Shown piece by piece: positions 29,648-40,471 of a stretch of DNA of 64,000 bases. Position 1 is the stretch's first letter; each line of letters starts with the position of its first letter. The stretch comes from an uncultured Lachnospiraceae bacterium (GTDB lineage: Bacteria > Bacillota > Clostridia > Lachnospirales > Lachnospiraceae): positions 869-64,868 of the forward strand of contig CAOJQZ010000003.1 in the NCBI GenBank assembly GCA_948441955.1. Reading direction: 5' to 3'. The notes under the pieces were generated by a model, which made no database searches, was not told the DNA's origin, and was given only the letters and a program-made list of their open reading frames with translations. The position numbers were made by a program, and so were the translations under genes.

Positions 29648-30337
29648 ATGGCAGCAATACATTTTCGTACATTGCGGGAGAATGTTGTAGAGGAGATCCG
29701 CAGTAAAATTATCAATCAGGAATTAAAGCCGGGAGAGCGGATTGTGGAACTGGACCTTGCGGAAGAATTTAAAACCAGCAGAGGTCCTATCCGGGAAGCT
29801 CTCCGGCAGCTGGAGCATGAAGGGCTTATTGTGTATACCCGGAATGTTGGATGTGCAGTAAAAGATATCGGACTTCAGGAGTCCTTTGAGATTTATCTGA
29901 TAAGGGCTAATTATGAAATTCTTGCTGTAAAATATATGGGTGGGAAGGTGCCTCCTGAAACGATAGCAAATATGGAAAAAGTGCTGGACAAGATGAAAAG
30001 GCTGGATGGAGAGCATTATGCACAGGTGTACCTGTTTGATAATGAGCTTCATGGCGAGCTTGTGAAGATGACGAAGCTAGAGCATCTTTACAGGCTGTGG
30101 AGTGAGCTTAATTATGGGAATATTGTTACGGGATATAACAATGTTCAGGATAAGGAAACGGTGGCCGGACGCCAGTATAAGATCCATAAGGAATTGGTGG
30201 ATGCATGCCGCACCGGAGACGGCGGCAGAATCTGCAGTATTTTGTCGGAGCACTATATGCGGACTATCAGGCGGCTGATGAGAGAGTTAGGGGTGTCCGA
30301 GGATGAGGTGCCGTTTTCACAGGATTTTTTACTGTAA
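29648..30337 (+). CDS. GntR family regulator (FCD domain)
   Basis: LKPGERI.E..LAEEF.TSR.PIREAL..LE.EG; H residues of FCD. Confidence 0.9.
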   Translation: MAAIHFRTLRENVVEEIRSKIINQELKPGERIVELDLAEEFKTSRGPIREALRQLEHEGLIVYTRNVGCAVKDIGLQESFEIYLIRANYEILAVKYMGGKVPPETIANMEKVLDKMKRLDGEHYAQVYLFDNELHGELVKMTKLEHLYRLWSELNYGNIVTGYNNVQDKETVAGRQYKIHKELVDACRTGDGGRICSILSEHYMRTIRRLMRELGVSEDEVPFSQDFLL

Positions 30338-30340
30338 AAG

Positions 30341-30367
30341 AGATATCGCCCTGGCGGTATCTTTTTT
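30341..30367 (+). terminator. Intrinsic terminator
   Basis: agatatcgcc-ct-ggcggtatct + T run. Confidence 0.7.
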
Positions 30368-30433
30368 GCACATTTTTATATTCATAAGAAATACTTATAG
30401 TGATTCTCCCTTTTACATAAATCGAAGAGGAGA

Positions 30434-30459
30434 AAATTGTTAATTGTTGACAATAGACA
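30434..30459. promoter_or_regulatory. Second copy of pepT operator over -35 of POT gene
   Basis: AAATTGTTAATTGTTGACAATAGACA, 23/26 identical to 25217-25242. Confidence 0.7.
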
Positions 30460-30511
30460 TAATGAAGAAATAAATATAAAATAGAGATATCATGAGAAAA
30501 GGAGAAAAGAA

Positions 30512-31906
30512 ATGGGAGAAACACAAGTGAAACAAAAGCATCCAAAGGGATTTTATTCCTGCTGTATTACATTTACGTTCGAAAGACTGGCGTTTTATGG
30601 GGCAAAGCCGCTTCTGCTTTTATTTTTGATTACTGCAGTCGCAGAAGGCGGATTGGGAGTAGAGAGGACGGACGCGGCTGTAATGGCGGCGAATCTGACG
30701 GCCTATACTTATATGGCTCCCCTTATCGGAGGCATTATATGTGACCGGTGGCTTGGAGCAAGGTATGCGATTACCTTAGGTTATATTATTATGGCATTGG
30801 GTTATGTTGTGGGATGGAAGGCGCAGAGTCCGGCAATGGTAAATGCCATGATTATTCTTGTTTCTATCGGAACAGGATTTTTCAAAGGAAACTTAAATGC
30901 CCTGATAGGAAGGCAATATAAGAGTAAGGAGCTTCTGGATGCAGCATTTTCTATCCAATATTCCTATGTAAATATCGGCGCCTTTGTGGGTTCATTACTT
31001 ACTGGCTATCTGTATCTGCATTTATTTAGAAAGGGCGATGTTTTAGGCTTCAGACAGTGCCTTCTTATGGCGGCTCTCTGGTGCGTTATTGGCGCGGTAT
31101 GGTTTGTGCTTAACTGGAAGAATCTTCAGGGACAGGGAATTAAGCCGTTTAAATATTTGACAGATGAGAAAGGAAATATTATCGGTTCTACAGAAAATGA
31201 TAAGAGTAATAACGGGAAAAAGGATGAGCCGCTTACAAAGCTTGAGAAAAACCGTGTGCTTGCAATTGTACTTGTATCTGCATTTTCCGTGCTGTTCTGG
31301 CTGTTCTACTATCAGCAGGATTTAGCGTTAGTTATTTACATGACAGATTATGTAAAGATGTCCATCGGCTCCTTTGAGATTCCTCCGTCATGGATTACGA
31401 CCACATGGAACGGACTTCTGTGCGTGGCGCTGGGAGGAGTGATGGCTGCAATCTGGAAAAGGCTGGCGGCACGTCCTCAGGGAGACCTGAATATGTTTAA
31501 AAAGGTTTCGCTTAGTTTCCTGTTTGTAGGACTTGCATTTGGAATTATGGTAGCATGCGAATCCATCCGCGGCGTTGGTTCTCCGGCTTCTGTAAAGGCA
31601 AGCGTGCTGTGGCCCTTCTTATTCTCAACTGTTATTACAGTGGGAGAGATGTGCTTCTCACCCCTTCGTAATTCCTTCGTAAGCAAATATGCTCCGAAGA
31701 AATATGTATCCCTTTTGATGGGCGTTATTGCAGTGTCCACATTTGGAGCAAACAAGTTAAGCCCGTTTGTGCAGGCATTTATTGAGAAGTTTGATGTATT
31801 CCCGGTATTTGTAGGAATATTTGCCCTGATGCTTGTATTCGCTGCATTAATCTGGCTGGCAAATGGAAAACTTAACAGCCTTGTAGAGGGAAAAGCAGAA
31901 AATTAA
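30512..31906 (+). CDS. POT family proton-dependent di/tripeptide transporter
   Basis: KHPKG, FERLAFYG, GTGFFKGN, VNIGAF.G, GEMCFSP. Confidence 0.9.
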   Translation: MGETQVKQKHPKGFYSCCITFTFERLAFYGAKPLLLLFLITAVAEGGLGVERTDAAVMAANLTAYTYMAPLIGGIICDRWLGARYAITLGYIIMALGYVVGWKAQSPAMVNAMIILVSIGTGFFKGNLNALIGRQYKSKELLDAAFSIQYSYVNIGAFVGSLLTGYLYLHLFRKGDVLGFRQCLLMAALWCVIGAVWFVLNWKNLQGQGIKPFKYLTDEKGNIIGSTENDKSNNGKKDEPLTKLEKNRVLAIVLVSAFSVLFWLFYYQQDLALVIYMTDYVKMSIGSFEIPPSWITTTWNGLLCVALGGVMAAIWKRLAARPQGDLNMFKKVSLSFLFVGLAFGIMVACESIRGVGSPASVKASVLWPFLFSTVITVGEMCFSPLRNSFVSKYAPKKYVSLLMGVIAVSTFGANKLSPFVQAFIEKFDVFPVFVGIFALMLVFAALIWLANGKLNSLVEGKAEN

Positions 31907-31927
31907 AATAAGGATGCGTAAATGCTG

Positions 31928-31952
31928 AGCCGGGCGGAAGCCCGGCTTTATT
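31928..31952 (+). terminator. Intrinsic terminator
   Basis: agccgggc-ggaa-gcccggct + ttatt. Confidence 0.75.
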
Positions 31953-32056
31953 GTATAGTGATTCTATAGAATTCTATCGATTATTTTCCCATTCCGTGGT
32001 AAGATATTATTGCCGAAAAAACTGATTTTAAGAAGAAAAACAATTTATGAGAGAGG

Positions 32057-32716
32057 ATGAGAGAAATGCTTAAGTGTTGTATATGTGGACGAAGAATAGG
32101 TGTGCTTGGGGAAGAAAGATATAAAATTACAGAGGAATATGTTGCCTGTTATCAATGCACTCCATTTTTTAGGGGGATGAAAGAAGCAAAGAATTCTGAA
32201 GAAATATTAAAAAATGAAAATGAGCTGAGGGCAAGAATAAAAAATTATAGTGTTTCTGGCGAAGTGCAGGATGCCATTGAAAAAGAGCTGCAGAGAATAA
32301 AAGACAGTAAGCAGCAAATGTATAATAAAGAAATATTTCAAGGATTAAAAGACGAAGAAATCAGAAAAAGGCGTAAGGAGTTTTTGATAAATACAGGATA
32401 TAATTTTGAGGGATATAAAATTATAAAATACATAGATTTAGTACATGGAGAAATTGTTCTTGGCACTGGTTTTACCAGCGAATTGTCAGCGAATCTTTCA
32501 GCGACTGTATCAGATATACTGGGGAATTCTGTCAAGGCATTTGAAGGGAAAATATCACAGGCAAAACACTTTGCGCAAGAGCAAATGATTATCAACGCTA
32601 TGATTGCTAATGCAAATGCAGTAATAGGAGTGGATTTTGATATTACTACATTTTCCAGCAATATAGTTGGAGTATCTGCTAATGGAACTGCGGTTATGAT
32701 TGAGAAAATAGAATAA
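32057..32716 (+). CDS. YbjQ/UPF0145-domain protein with N-terminal CxxC..CxxC
   Basis: GY.FEGYKI..Y...V.G, ANAVIGVDFD, SANGTAV; CCICG and CYQC; AT-rich. Confidence 0.75.
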   Translation: MREMLKCCICGRRIGVLGEERYKITEEYVACYQCTPFFRGMKEAKNSEEILKNENELRARIKNYSVSGEVQDAIEKELQRIKDSKQQMYNKEIFQGLKDEEIRKRRKEFLINTGYNFEGYKIIKYIDLVHGEIVLGTGFTSELSANLSATVSDILGNSVKAFEGKISQAKHFAQEQMIINAMIANANAVIGVDFDITTFSSNIVGVSANGTAVMIEKIE

Positions 32717-32801
32717 ATACTTGACAAAAGAAGAAGTTATTGTTATTATTTAAAAACAGAACGCACTCTGTTTTTGAAAATATAAAGAAGAGAGGTGCAG
32801 T

Positions 32802-33299
32802 ATGCAGAGAGTATTTTCATTGATTGTAAACAATGATCCGGGTGTGTTAAGCCGGATATCAGGACTGTTCAGCCGAAGGGGCTACAGTATTGACGGCATC
32901 ACCGCAGGCGTGACGGCGGATCCCAGATTTACAAGGATTACCATTGTGGGAAGCGGGGACGAGCTGATTCTTTCCCAGATTGAAAAGCAGGTAAGGAAAC
33001 TGGAGGACGTAATTAAGATTAAGGTGCTGCCTCCGGAGGAATCTGTTTACCGTGAGCTTATGCTGGTGAAGATCCGCGCGGATGCAGCACAGAGAGCGGA
33101 GGCAATTGCGATTGCGGATATTTTCCGTGCAAAGATTGTTGACGTTGAGAAAGAATCTCTTATGATAGAGCTTACAGGAAACCAGTCAAAGCTGGAGGCA
33201 TTTTTAAATCTTCTGGACGGTTTTGAGATCCTGGAGCTTGCAAGGACAGGAATTACCGGTCTTAAACGCGGAATAAAGGATGTCACATATATTGACTAG
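32802..33299 (+). CDS. ilvN: Acetolactate synthase small subunit
   Basis: V.N.PGVLSRISGLFSRRGYSI, RELMLVKI, ELARTG. Confidence 0.93.
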   Translation: MQRVFSLIVNNDPGVLSRISGLFSRRGYSIDGITAGVTADPRFTRITIVGSGDELILSQIEKQVRKLEDVIKIKVLPPEESVYRELMLVKIRADAAQRAEAIAIADIFRAKIVDVEKESLMIELTGNQSKLEAFLNLLDGFEILELARTGITGLKRGIKDVTYID

Positions 33300-33304
33300 G
33301 GTAA

Positions 33305-34354
<1,050 letters not shown>

Positions 34355-34380
34355 GCGGCAGGCAGAGAGCCGGTTACATA

Positions 34381-34429
34381 AAAAGCAGGAGGACAGAGAC
34401 ATTGTACATGACTGTCCTCCTGCTTTTTT
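34381..34429. terminator. Bidirectional terminator
   Basis: aaaagcaggaggacag...ctgtcctcctgctttt between convergent genes. Confidence 0.8.
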
Positions 34430-34430
34430 A

Positions 34431-35504
34431 TTAAAATGCTTCAATAAGCTTTGTATTCAGACGCTTTACAATCTCAACGGCCAGCTTTACACTGTTTTCG
34501 TAATCTGCCATACATGCGAAACCATGATGGGAGTGTATATAACGGACCGGAACTCCGATAACAATAACCGGAACACCGCCGTTTGAAATATGTATGGCGC
34601 CGCCGTTGGTGCCTCCTCCGGCACGTACTGACTCCTGAACCGGGATTCCAAGCTTTCTTCCAAGCTCCAGGGCGAACCGCTGAAAACGGGGATTCGTAAT
34701 CATGGAGCAATCATAATGACGCAGCATGGGCCCTTTCTTCATGGCAGTCTGAATCATATAGTCAGGTGCAAAGGTATCGTCTGCAGGACATCCTTCGAAA
34801 CAGATGGCGATGTCAGGCTTTACAACGTCGCGGGTAACAAATGCGCCTCGCTCACCAATCTCCTCCTGTGTGGAAAGAACTCCCACAACATCTGTTTCAA
34901 GATGCTCTTCTTTTAAAGCTTCCATTGATTCCAAAACAGCCGCACAGCCCAGCCGGTTGTCAAATGCTTTGCCCAGCATCACATCTGTGGCTTCATTGTA
35001 CTCAAAAGTAACATCCGGGACAACAGGCGCTCCAATATGGATATGGAATATCTCTTCCACCTCCTTCTTAGAAACAGCCCCGATGTCAATAACCATATCC
35101 TCAAAGGCCGGACACGATCCCCGTTCTTTAGCTGAAAGAAAGTGTACGGGGGTGCAGGCAACAATACCGGAAACCCAGCTGCCGTTATAGGTTTGTACCT
35201 TTACTTTATGTGCCGGAACTGAATAAGGCGCCCATCCCCCCTGGGGCAGAAAACGGAGAGTTCCATCTGGTTTAATTGCCTGAATAATAAAGCTTACCTC
35301 ATCGCTGTGGGCATCCAGCATAACGACTGGTTTTTTACCGTCATTTTTATCACGGTTGATGTAAAGATTAAGATTACAGTCATGCCGTACGGTTCCCAGC
35401 CGTTTATCAGCAGCATATTTTTCTGCAATTCTGACTACTTCATCTTCGAAGCCGCAGGCGCCATATGCGTTTGACAAAGTTTCAATCAATTTTAATGAAT
35501 CCAT
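34431..35504 (-). CDS. M42 family aminopeptidase
   Basis: LDAHSDEV, KAFDNRLG, QEEIG.RGA, GGTNG, RYIHS. Confidence 0.9.
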   Translation of the reverse strand: MDSLKLIETLSNAYGACGFEDEVVRIAEKYAADKRLGTVRHDCNLNLYINRDKNDGKKPVVMLDAHSDEVSFIIQAIKPDGTLRFLPQGGWAPYSVPAHKVKVQTYNGSWVSGIVACTPVHFLSAKERGSCPAFEDMVIDIGAVSKKEVEEIFHIHIGAPVVPDVTFEYNEATDVMLGKAFDNRLGCAAVLESMEALKEEHLETDVVGVLSTQEEIGERGAFVTRDVVKPDIAICFEGCPADDTFAPDYMIQTAMKKGPMLRHYDCSMITNPRFQRFALELGRKLGIPVQESVRAGGGTNGGAIHISNGGVPVIVIGVPVRYIHSHHGFACMADYENSVKLAVEIVKRLNTKLIEAF

Positions 35505-35757
35505 GTATTTTACCTTCCTTTCCCCAAATAGCTCTATATTTTAGCCAATTGCTGATAGTGTATCACAACAAAAAGAGAAGTGCAAGATTTACATGATACA
35601 ACCAATTATTACATATGTTGAAATGAATCGACTTGAATCCAAATAATTTTGTAGATATTGTTGAAAAATATGGGAAATTATGGTAAAGTTTATTAGTATA
35701 TATTTTTTAAGTTTTTTTTAATAAACCCAATCGGGTAACTACAAGGGAGGATTTTTT

Positions 35758-37464
35758 ATGAAGAAAAAACTACTAAGTCTGCTGCTGGTAACAGCGATGA
35801 CAGGCGCAGTCGCGCTTACGGGCTGCGGCGGAAAAGACGCAGGCGGCAGCGGCTCAGGCGACGGCGGCAGCGCCGGAGATCAGGAGGTTATCTTCCAGCT
35901 CACGGCAGACGCGGCAACTCTGGATACGATCCAGACATCTACAATGGCGGATCAGCGCAGTGCTGCGCCAATTTATGAGGGACTGTTAAGAAGACAGCTG
36001 GACGACGAAGGAAATCTGATTCTTGTTCCGGGTGCAGCAGAATCCTATGATGTGAACGATGATGAGACAGTTTATACCTTCCATCTTCAGCCGGAAGGTA
36101 AGTTTAGCGACGGAACACCTGTAACTGCAGAGGATGTTGTATATTCCTGGAGAAGGGCGTTTGATCCGGATCTTGCGTCTCCCCAGTCCTGGCAGCTTCA
36201 GGATATGGTTTTAAATGCAAAGGAATGCTTCGAAGGTGAGAAGCCTCTTGAGGAGCTTGGAATCAAGGCAGTTGATGAGAAGACCGTTGAGGTAACGCTG
36301 ACTTCTCCGAATCCGAATTTCCTTACCGTACTGACTTTCCCGTTTGCAAGAATTGTCAGCAAGGAGTTCGTAGAGAGCAAAGGAAATAAATTCGGTTCCT
36401 CTGTAGAAGATGTTATGGGATCCGGACCGTTTAAGTTAGTTCAGTGGGATACTGGATCATCTATGGTGTTTGAGCCCAATGAGAACTACTGGGATAAAGA
36501 GAACGTACACCTGAACAAACTGACGCTTCAGGTTGTAGCAGAAGCATCTACTCTTGCACAGGCTCTGATGGGAAAAGAGATTGATATTGCAGAGCTGAAT
36601 GATACGGACTGGAATGATCAGGTAGATGCGCTGGGGTACTATGAAGTTACAGAGGTACCGCAGATGTCTACGTATTTCTTTGTATTTAATTGTGACAAGC
36701 CGCAGCTTAATAACTGGAAGATCCGTCTTGCACTTGCACTTGGTTTTGACCGTGAAAAATATAATGACGAAGTCTTTGACGGAAAGTATATTCCGGCATA
36801 TTCCTTTTCACCGCCGATTTCTACTGTAGGAGACGAGCTGTGGACAGATGTAGGCGGCGACAGTGTAGACTACTTAAAGACGATTGCAGAAAAATATCCG
36901 GATCCAAAAGCGCTTTTGATTGAAGGAATGAAGGAAGCAGGTCTTGGAGAGGATCCATCTGCACTTACAATTAAATATACAACACTGGGAACCACTGAGA
37001 TTGTCAAAAAGTCTGCTGAATGGATGAAGCAGGAGCTGGAGGCAAATCTTGGAATTAACTTAAGCATTGAATTAACCGAGTGGAACGTAGCATATGATTT
37101 GATTGACGCCAGCGATTATGAGATGGCTTTTGGCGGCTGGAATGTAGATTCCGGTACAGAACCTATGCGTTTCCTTAAGCTGTTTGAACAGACAGAAGGA
37201 TACTATGGCGGAGAGAAGGTTCACTGGACAGGCGGAAAATCAGAAGAATATTCAAAGTATGCCATTGAAATGCAGCAGATTTTTGACCCGGACAGACTGC
37301 TTGAACTTTACAAGCTGGCAGAGCCGCTTGTTCTGGAAGAAGCCCCGGTAACTCCGGTATACTTTACAAAACAAAGAACTTTGATTGCAAATAATATTGA
37401 AGGCTATCAGGTTCATCCATTCTTACTTCAGGATTTTGTTGGTGTTAAAAAGACAGCTGAATAA
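35758..37464 (+). CDS. oppA: Oligopeptide ABC substrate-binding lipoprotein
   Basis: Lipobox LTGC; YTFHL...KFSDGTPVTAED, GSGPFKL, N.NYW. Confidence 0.9.
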   Translation: MKKKLLSLLLVTAMTGAVALTGCGGKDAGGSGSGDGGSAGDQEVIFQLTADAATLDTIQTSTMADQRSAAPIYEGLLRRQLDDEGNLILVPGAAESYDVNDDETVYTFHLQPEGKFSDGTPVTAEDVVYSWRRAFDPDLASPQSWQLQDMVLNAKECFEGEKPLEELGIKAVDEKTVEVTLTSPNPNFLTVLTFPFARIVSKEFVESKGNKFGSSVEDVMGSGPFKLVQWDTGSSMVFEPNENYWDKENVHLNKLTLQVVAEASTLAQALMGKEIDIAELNDTDWNDQVDALGYYEVTEVPQMSTYFFVFNCDKPQLNNWKIRLALALGFDREKYNDEVFDGKYIPAYSFSPPISTVGDELWTDVGGDSVDYLKTIAEKYPDPKALLIEGMKEAGLGEDPSALTIKYTTLGTTEIVKKSAEWMKQELEANLGINLSIELTEWNVAYDLIDASDYEMAFGGWNVDSGTEPMRFLKLFEQTEGYYGGEKVHWTGGKSEEYSKYAIEMQQIFDPDRLLELYKLAEPLVLEEAPVTPVYFTKQRTLIANNIEGYQVHPFLLQDFVGVKKTAE

Positions 37465-37560
37465 TCTGTAAATATATCCCTGCCGCTGTTTGGACTATTC
37501 ACAGGGAAAGACAGTGACAGGGATAATTCATATCTATCTGTTTGGAGTAAGGAGAAAATT

Positions 37561-38496
37561 ATGGGAAAATTCATTTTAAAACGGTTTGTATATGCAGTAA
37601 TTTCACTTGCTATTATTGCAACCGTATCCTTTTTCTTGATATGTATGAAGCCCGGCGATCCGATTGCCGCAAAGGTTTCACAGCTTCCTGAATCCTCAAG
37701 AAAGGTTCTGGTTGTAAAATATGGATTAGATCAGCCCATGTTCACAAGGTTTACAGAATATATGAAGGGACTGATTACGGAAGGGAATCTGGGAGATTCC
37801 ATTGTTTATGAAGGACGTAATGTTAATATGATGCTGAAAACCAGCGCGGTTGTTTCAGCCAAAATTGGACTTATAGCAATTGCCATTCAGGTTATAATCG
37901 GTGTACTTTTAGGCATGATACAGGCGCTTTACAGAGGAAAGCTAAGTGATCAGATCATTCGGGTAATGGTGGTACTGGCTATTTGTATCCCATCCTTTGT
38001 ATTCTGCGCACTTCTTCAGTATTTTATTGGATTTAAGGGGCAGCTTACACCCATTATGGGATGGGGAAAGCCGGTTCATTATATCCTGCCAGTGGCGGCA
38101 TACGCAATTCCAGGCATCGCTACCTACTGTAAATATATGAGGACCAGCACCATAGGTGTTTTAGGCGAAGATTATATTTTAACAGCAACGGCAAAGGGCT
38201 GCAGCCAGACCCGGCTTGTTTTTAAGCATATATTTAGGAATGCGATTCTTCCGGTTGTTACAATGGTGCCGGTTGCAATCAGCAATGTGTTTGCCGGTTC
38301 AATGGTAATTGAAAAGTTTTTCTCTATTCCCGGAATGGGACAGCATTATGTAAAGGCAGTAAGCGATTCCGACCCGTATATGATTCTCGGTATGGCAATT
38401 TTCTTTGCACTTACATATATTATTTCGCTGTTTTTTGTGGACGTCCTGTACGGTTTGGTTGATCCGCGTATCCGTGTAGCGAAAAGCGCTGATTAG
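37561..38496 (+). CDS. oppB: Oligopeptide ABC permease
   Basis: PGDP, YGLD.P, DYILTA.AKG, KH..RNA, DPRIR. Confidence 0.9.
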   Translation: MGKFILKRFVYAVISLAIIATVSFFLICMKPGDPIAAKVSQLPESSRKVLVVKYGLDQPMFTRFTEYMKGLITEGNLGDSIVYEGRNVNMMLKTSAVVSAKIGLIAIAIQVIIGVLLGMIQALYRGKLSDQIIRVMVVLAICIPSFVFCALLQYFIGFKGQLTPIMGWGKPVHYILPVAAYAIPGIATYCKYMRTSTIGVLGEDYILTATAKGCSQTRLVFKHIFRNAILPVVTMVPVAISNVFAGSMVIEKFFSIPGMGQHYVKAVSDSDPYMILGMAIFFALTYIISLFFVDVLYGLVDPRIRVAKSAD

Positions 38497-38504
38497 GAGG
38501 AGCT

Positions 38505-39437
38505 ATGGAATTGAATAACAATATAACATTTGCGGAAGATGATTTTGAAGTAATAGGAACAAAGGGCCTTGACGCCGAAAAAATCAGTAAGCCAAGTGTA
38601 ACCTTCTGGTCAGATGTATGGAGAAGGTTCCGGGCTAACAAGCTTTCAATGCTTGGTTTGATCATATTGATTTTAGTTGTGCTTATGGTATGCTTCGGAC
38701 CATTTGTTTCAGGAAAAGATTATCAATTTATAGATTACAGTATTAAGAATCTGCGTCCAAATGGGACATATTGGTTTGGAACAGATGAGATGGGACGGGA
38801 TATATTTACCCGTGTATGTTACGGCGGACGTATTTCAATTATTATTGGTATTGCATGTACCCTTGTAAGCTTCCTGATTGGAAGCACTTTAGGAGGAGTT
38901 GCCGGATATCTGGGCGGTAAAATTGATGACTTTATTATGCGTGTCATTGAGATTATAAGCTCCATCCCCTACCTGGTGCTGGTAGTAATCCTTTCCTTTG
39001 TTTTAGGAAGGAGTATGTTCTCATTGGTGTTTGCAATGACCATTACGGCATGGACCGGTACGGCCCGTATGGTGCGGGGACAGGTTATGCAGCTTAAGGG
39101 ACAGGATTTTGTTTCGGCGGCAATCGCTTTAGGCTCCAGCCCGTCAAGAATTATTGTCAAACACCTGCTGCCAAATACGCTGGGTATTATTATTGTAAAC
39201 CTGACCCTTTCCATACCGAACTTTATATTTTCCGAATCGTTCTTAAGTTACATCGGACTGGGTGTGCAGCCTCCGGAGACAAGCTGGGGAGCATTGGCGT
39301 CCCTTTATCAGACGCGGCTGATGTTTGATCCGTATCAGTTGTTTTTTCCGTGTCTGATGATTGTATTGACTGTATTATCTTTTCATCTGATCGGTGACGG
39401 ACTGACTGACGCACTCGATCCTAAACTGAGAAAGTAG
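38505..39437 (+). CDS. oppC: Oligopeptide ABC permease
   Basis: WFGTD..GRD, ARMVRGQ, KHLLPN, GDGL.DALDP. Confidence 0.9.
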   Translation: MELNNNITFAEDDFEVIGTKGLDAEKISKPSVTFWSDVWRRFRANKLSMLGLIILILVVLMVCFGPFVSGKDYQFIDYSIKNLRPNGTYWFGTDEMGRDIFTRVCYGGRISIIIGIACTLVSFLIGSTLGGVAGYLGGKIDDFIMRVIEIISSIPYLVLVVILSFVLGRSMFSLVFAMTITAWTGTARMVRGQVMQLKGQDFVSAAIALGSSPSRIIVKHLLPNTLGIIIVNLTLSIPNFIFSESFLSYIGLGVQPPETSWGALASLYQTRLMFDPYQLFFPCLMIVLTVLSFHLIGDGLTDALDPKLRK

Positions 39438-39445
39438 GAGAAAAA

Positions 39446-40471
39446 ATGGCTGAGAAATTGTTAGAAGTAAAAGATTTAGAAGTGTCTTTTAAGACCTACG
39501 CAGGCATTGTCAAAGCTGTCAGAGGCGTGAATTTCTATGTGAACAAGGGCGAGACGCTGGCGCTGGTAGGAGAATCCGGCTGCGGAAAGACAGTGACTGC
39601 AAAATCAATTATCGGTATTTTAGCAAAGCATCAGACGATGATTAGCGATAAATCCCAGATTATTCTGAATGGAAGAGATATATTAAAGCTCTCTGAAAAA
39701 GAGATGAGGAAGGTACGGGGAAATGAAGTTTCTATGATTTTTCAGGATCCAATGACTTCCTTAAATCCAACAGCAAGAATCGGGGCTCAGATTGCGGAAG
39801 GAATCCGGCTTCATACAGACAAATCCAAGGAGGATATTTATGGGGAGGTATTACGGCTTTTAGAACTGGTAAGAATACCGAATCCCAAAGTACGGATGAA
39901 CCAGTATCCTCATGAATTTTCCGGAGGTATGAGACAGAGGGCAATGATTGCTGTTGCATTGGCCTGCAATCCGGATCTTCTGATAGCGGACGAGCCAACC
40001 ACTGCGCTGGATGTTACAATTCAGGCCCAGATTATGGACTTGATGTCTGATATTCAGAAGGAATTTAACACAGCAATTATTCTTGTTACCCATGATCTTG
40101 GAGTGGTGGCAGCCCATGCCCACAGAATCCAGGTAATGTATGCGGGGACATTTCTTGAAAAGGGAACGGTTGATGAGATATTCTATCAGCCCAGGCATCC
40201 GTATACAATGGCGCTGTTAAAATCCGTGCCGACCTTGAACATGGAAAATAAGGCGAATCTGTATTCCCTTGAAGGAACGCCGCCGGATCTCCTAAATCCA
40301 CCGGCCGGATGCGCTTTCGCACCAAGATGCGAATATGGTATGAAAATATGCAGAAAAGCTGTACCGGAAAATACAGTATTTTCTGACACGCATATCTGTG
40401 ACTGCTGGATGCTTAGCGAGGAGGCAAAAAAGCGGGGCATCATAGAACTGAGTGGAGGAATCAGGGCATGA
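39446..40471 (+). CDS. oppD: Oligopeptide ABC ATPase
   Basis: GESGCGKT, IFQDPMTSLNP, FSGGMRQR, DEPTTALDVT, C-terminal Cys cluster. Confidence 0.92.
   Translation: MAEKLLEVKDLEVSFKTYAGIVKAVRGVNFYVNKGETLALVGESGCGKTVTAKSIIGILAKHQTMISDKSQIILNGRDILKLSEKEMRKVRGNEVSMIFQDPMTSLNPTARIGAQIAEGIRLHTDKSKEDIYGEVLRLLELVRIPNPKVRMNQYPHEFSGGMRQRAMIAVALACNPDLLIADEPTTALDVTIQAQIMDLMSDIQKEFNTAIILVTHDLGVVAAHAHRIQVMYAGTFLEKGTVDEIFYQPRHPYTMALLKSVPTLNMENKANLYSLEGTPPDLLNPPAGCAFAPRCEYGMKICRKAVPENTVFSDTHICDCWMLSEEAKKRGIIELSGGIRA

Noticed and set aside
32717..32801. T-box or leader peptide for ilvNC
   Set aside because: Leader is about 50 nt and lacks the T-box motif; only a small aaaaacaga/tctgttttt hairpin
35645..35659. 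CodY box upstream of oppA
   Set aside because: Four mismatches to AATTTTCWGAAAATT in AT-rich DNA; not distinguishable from chance
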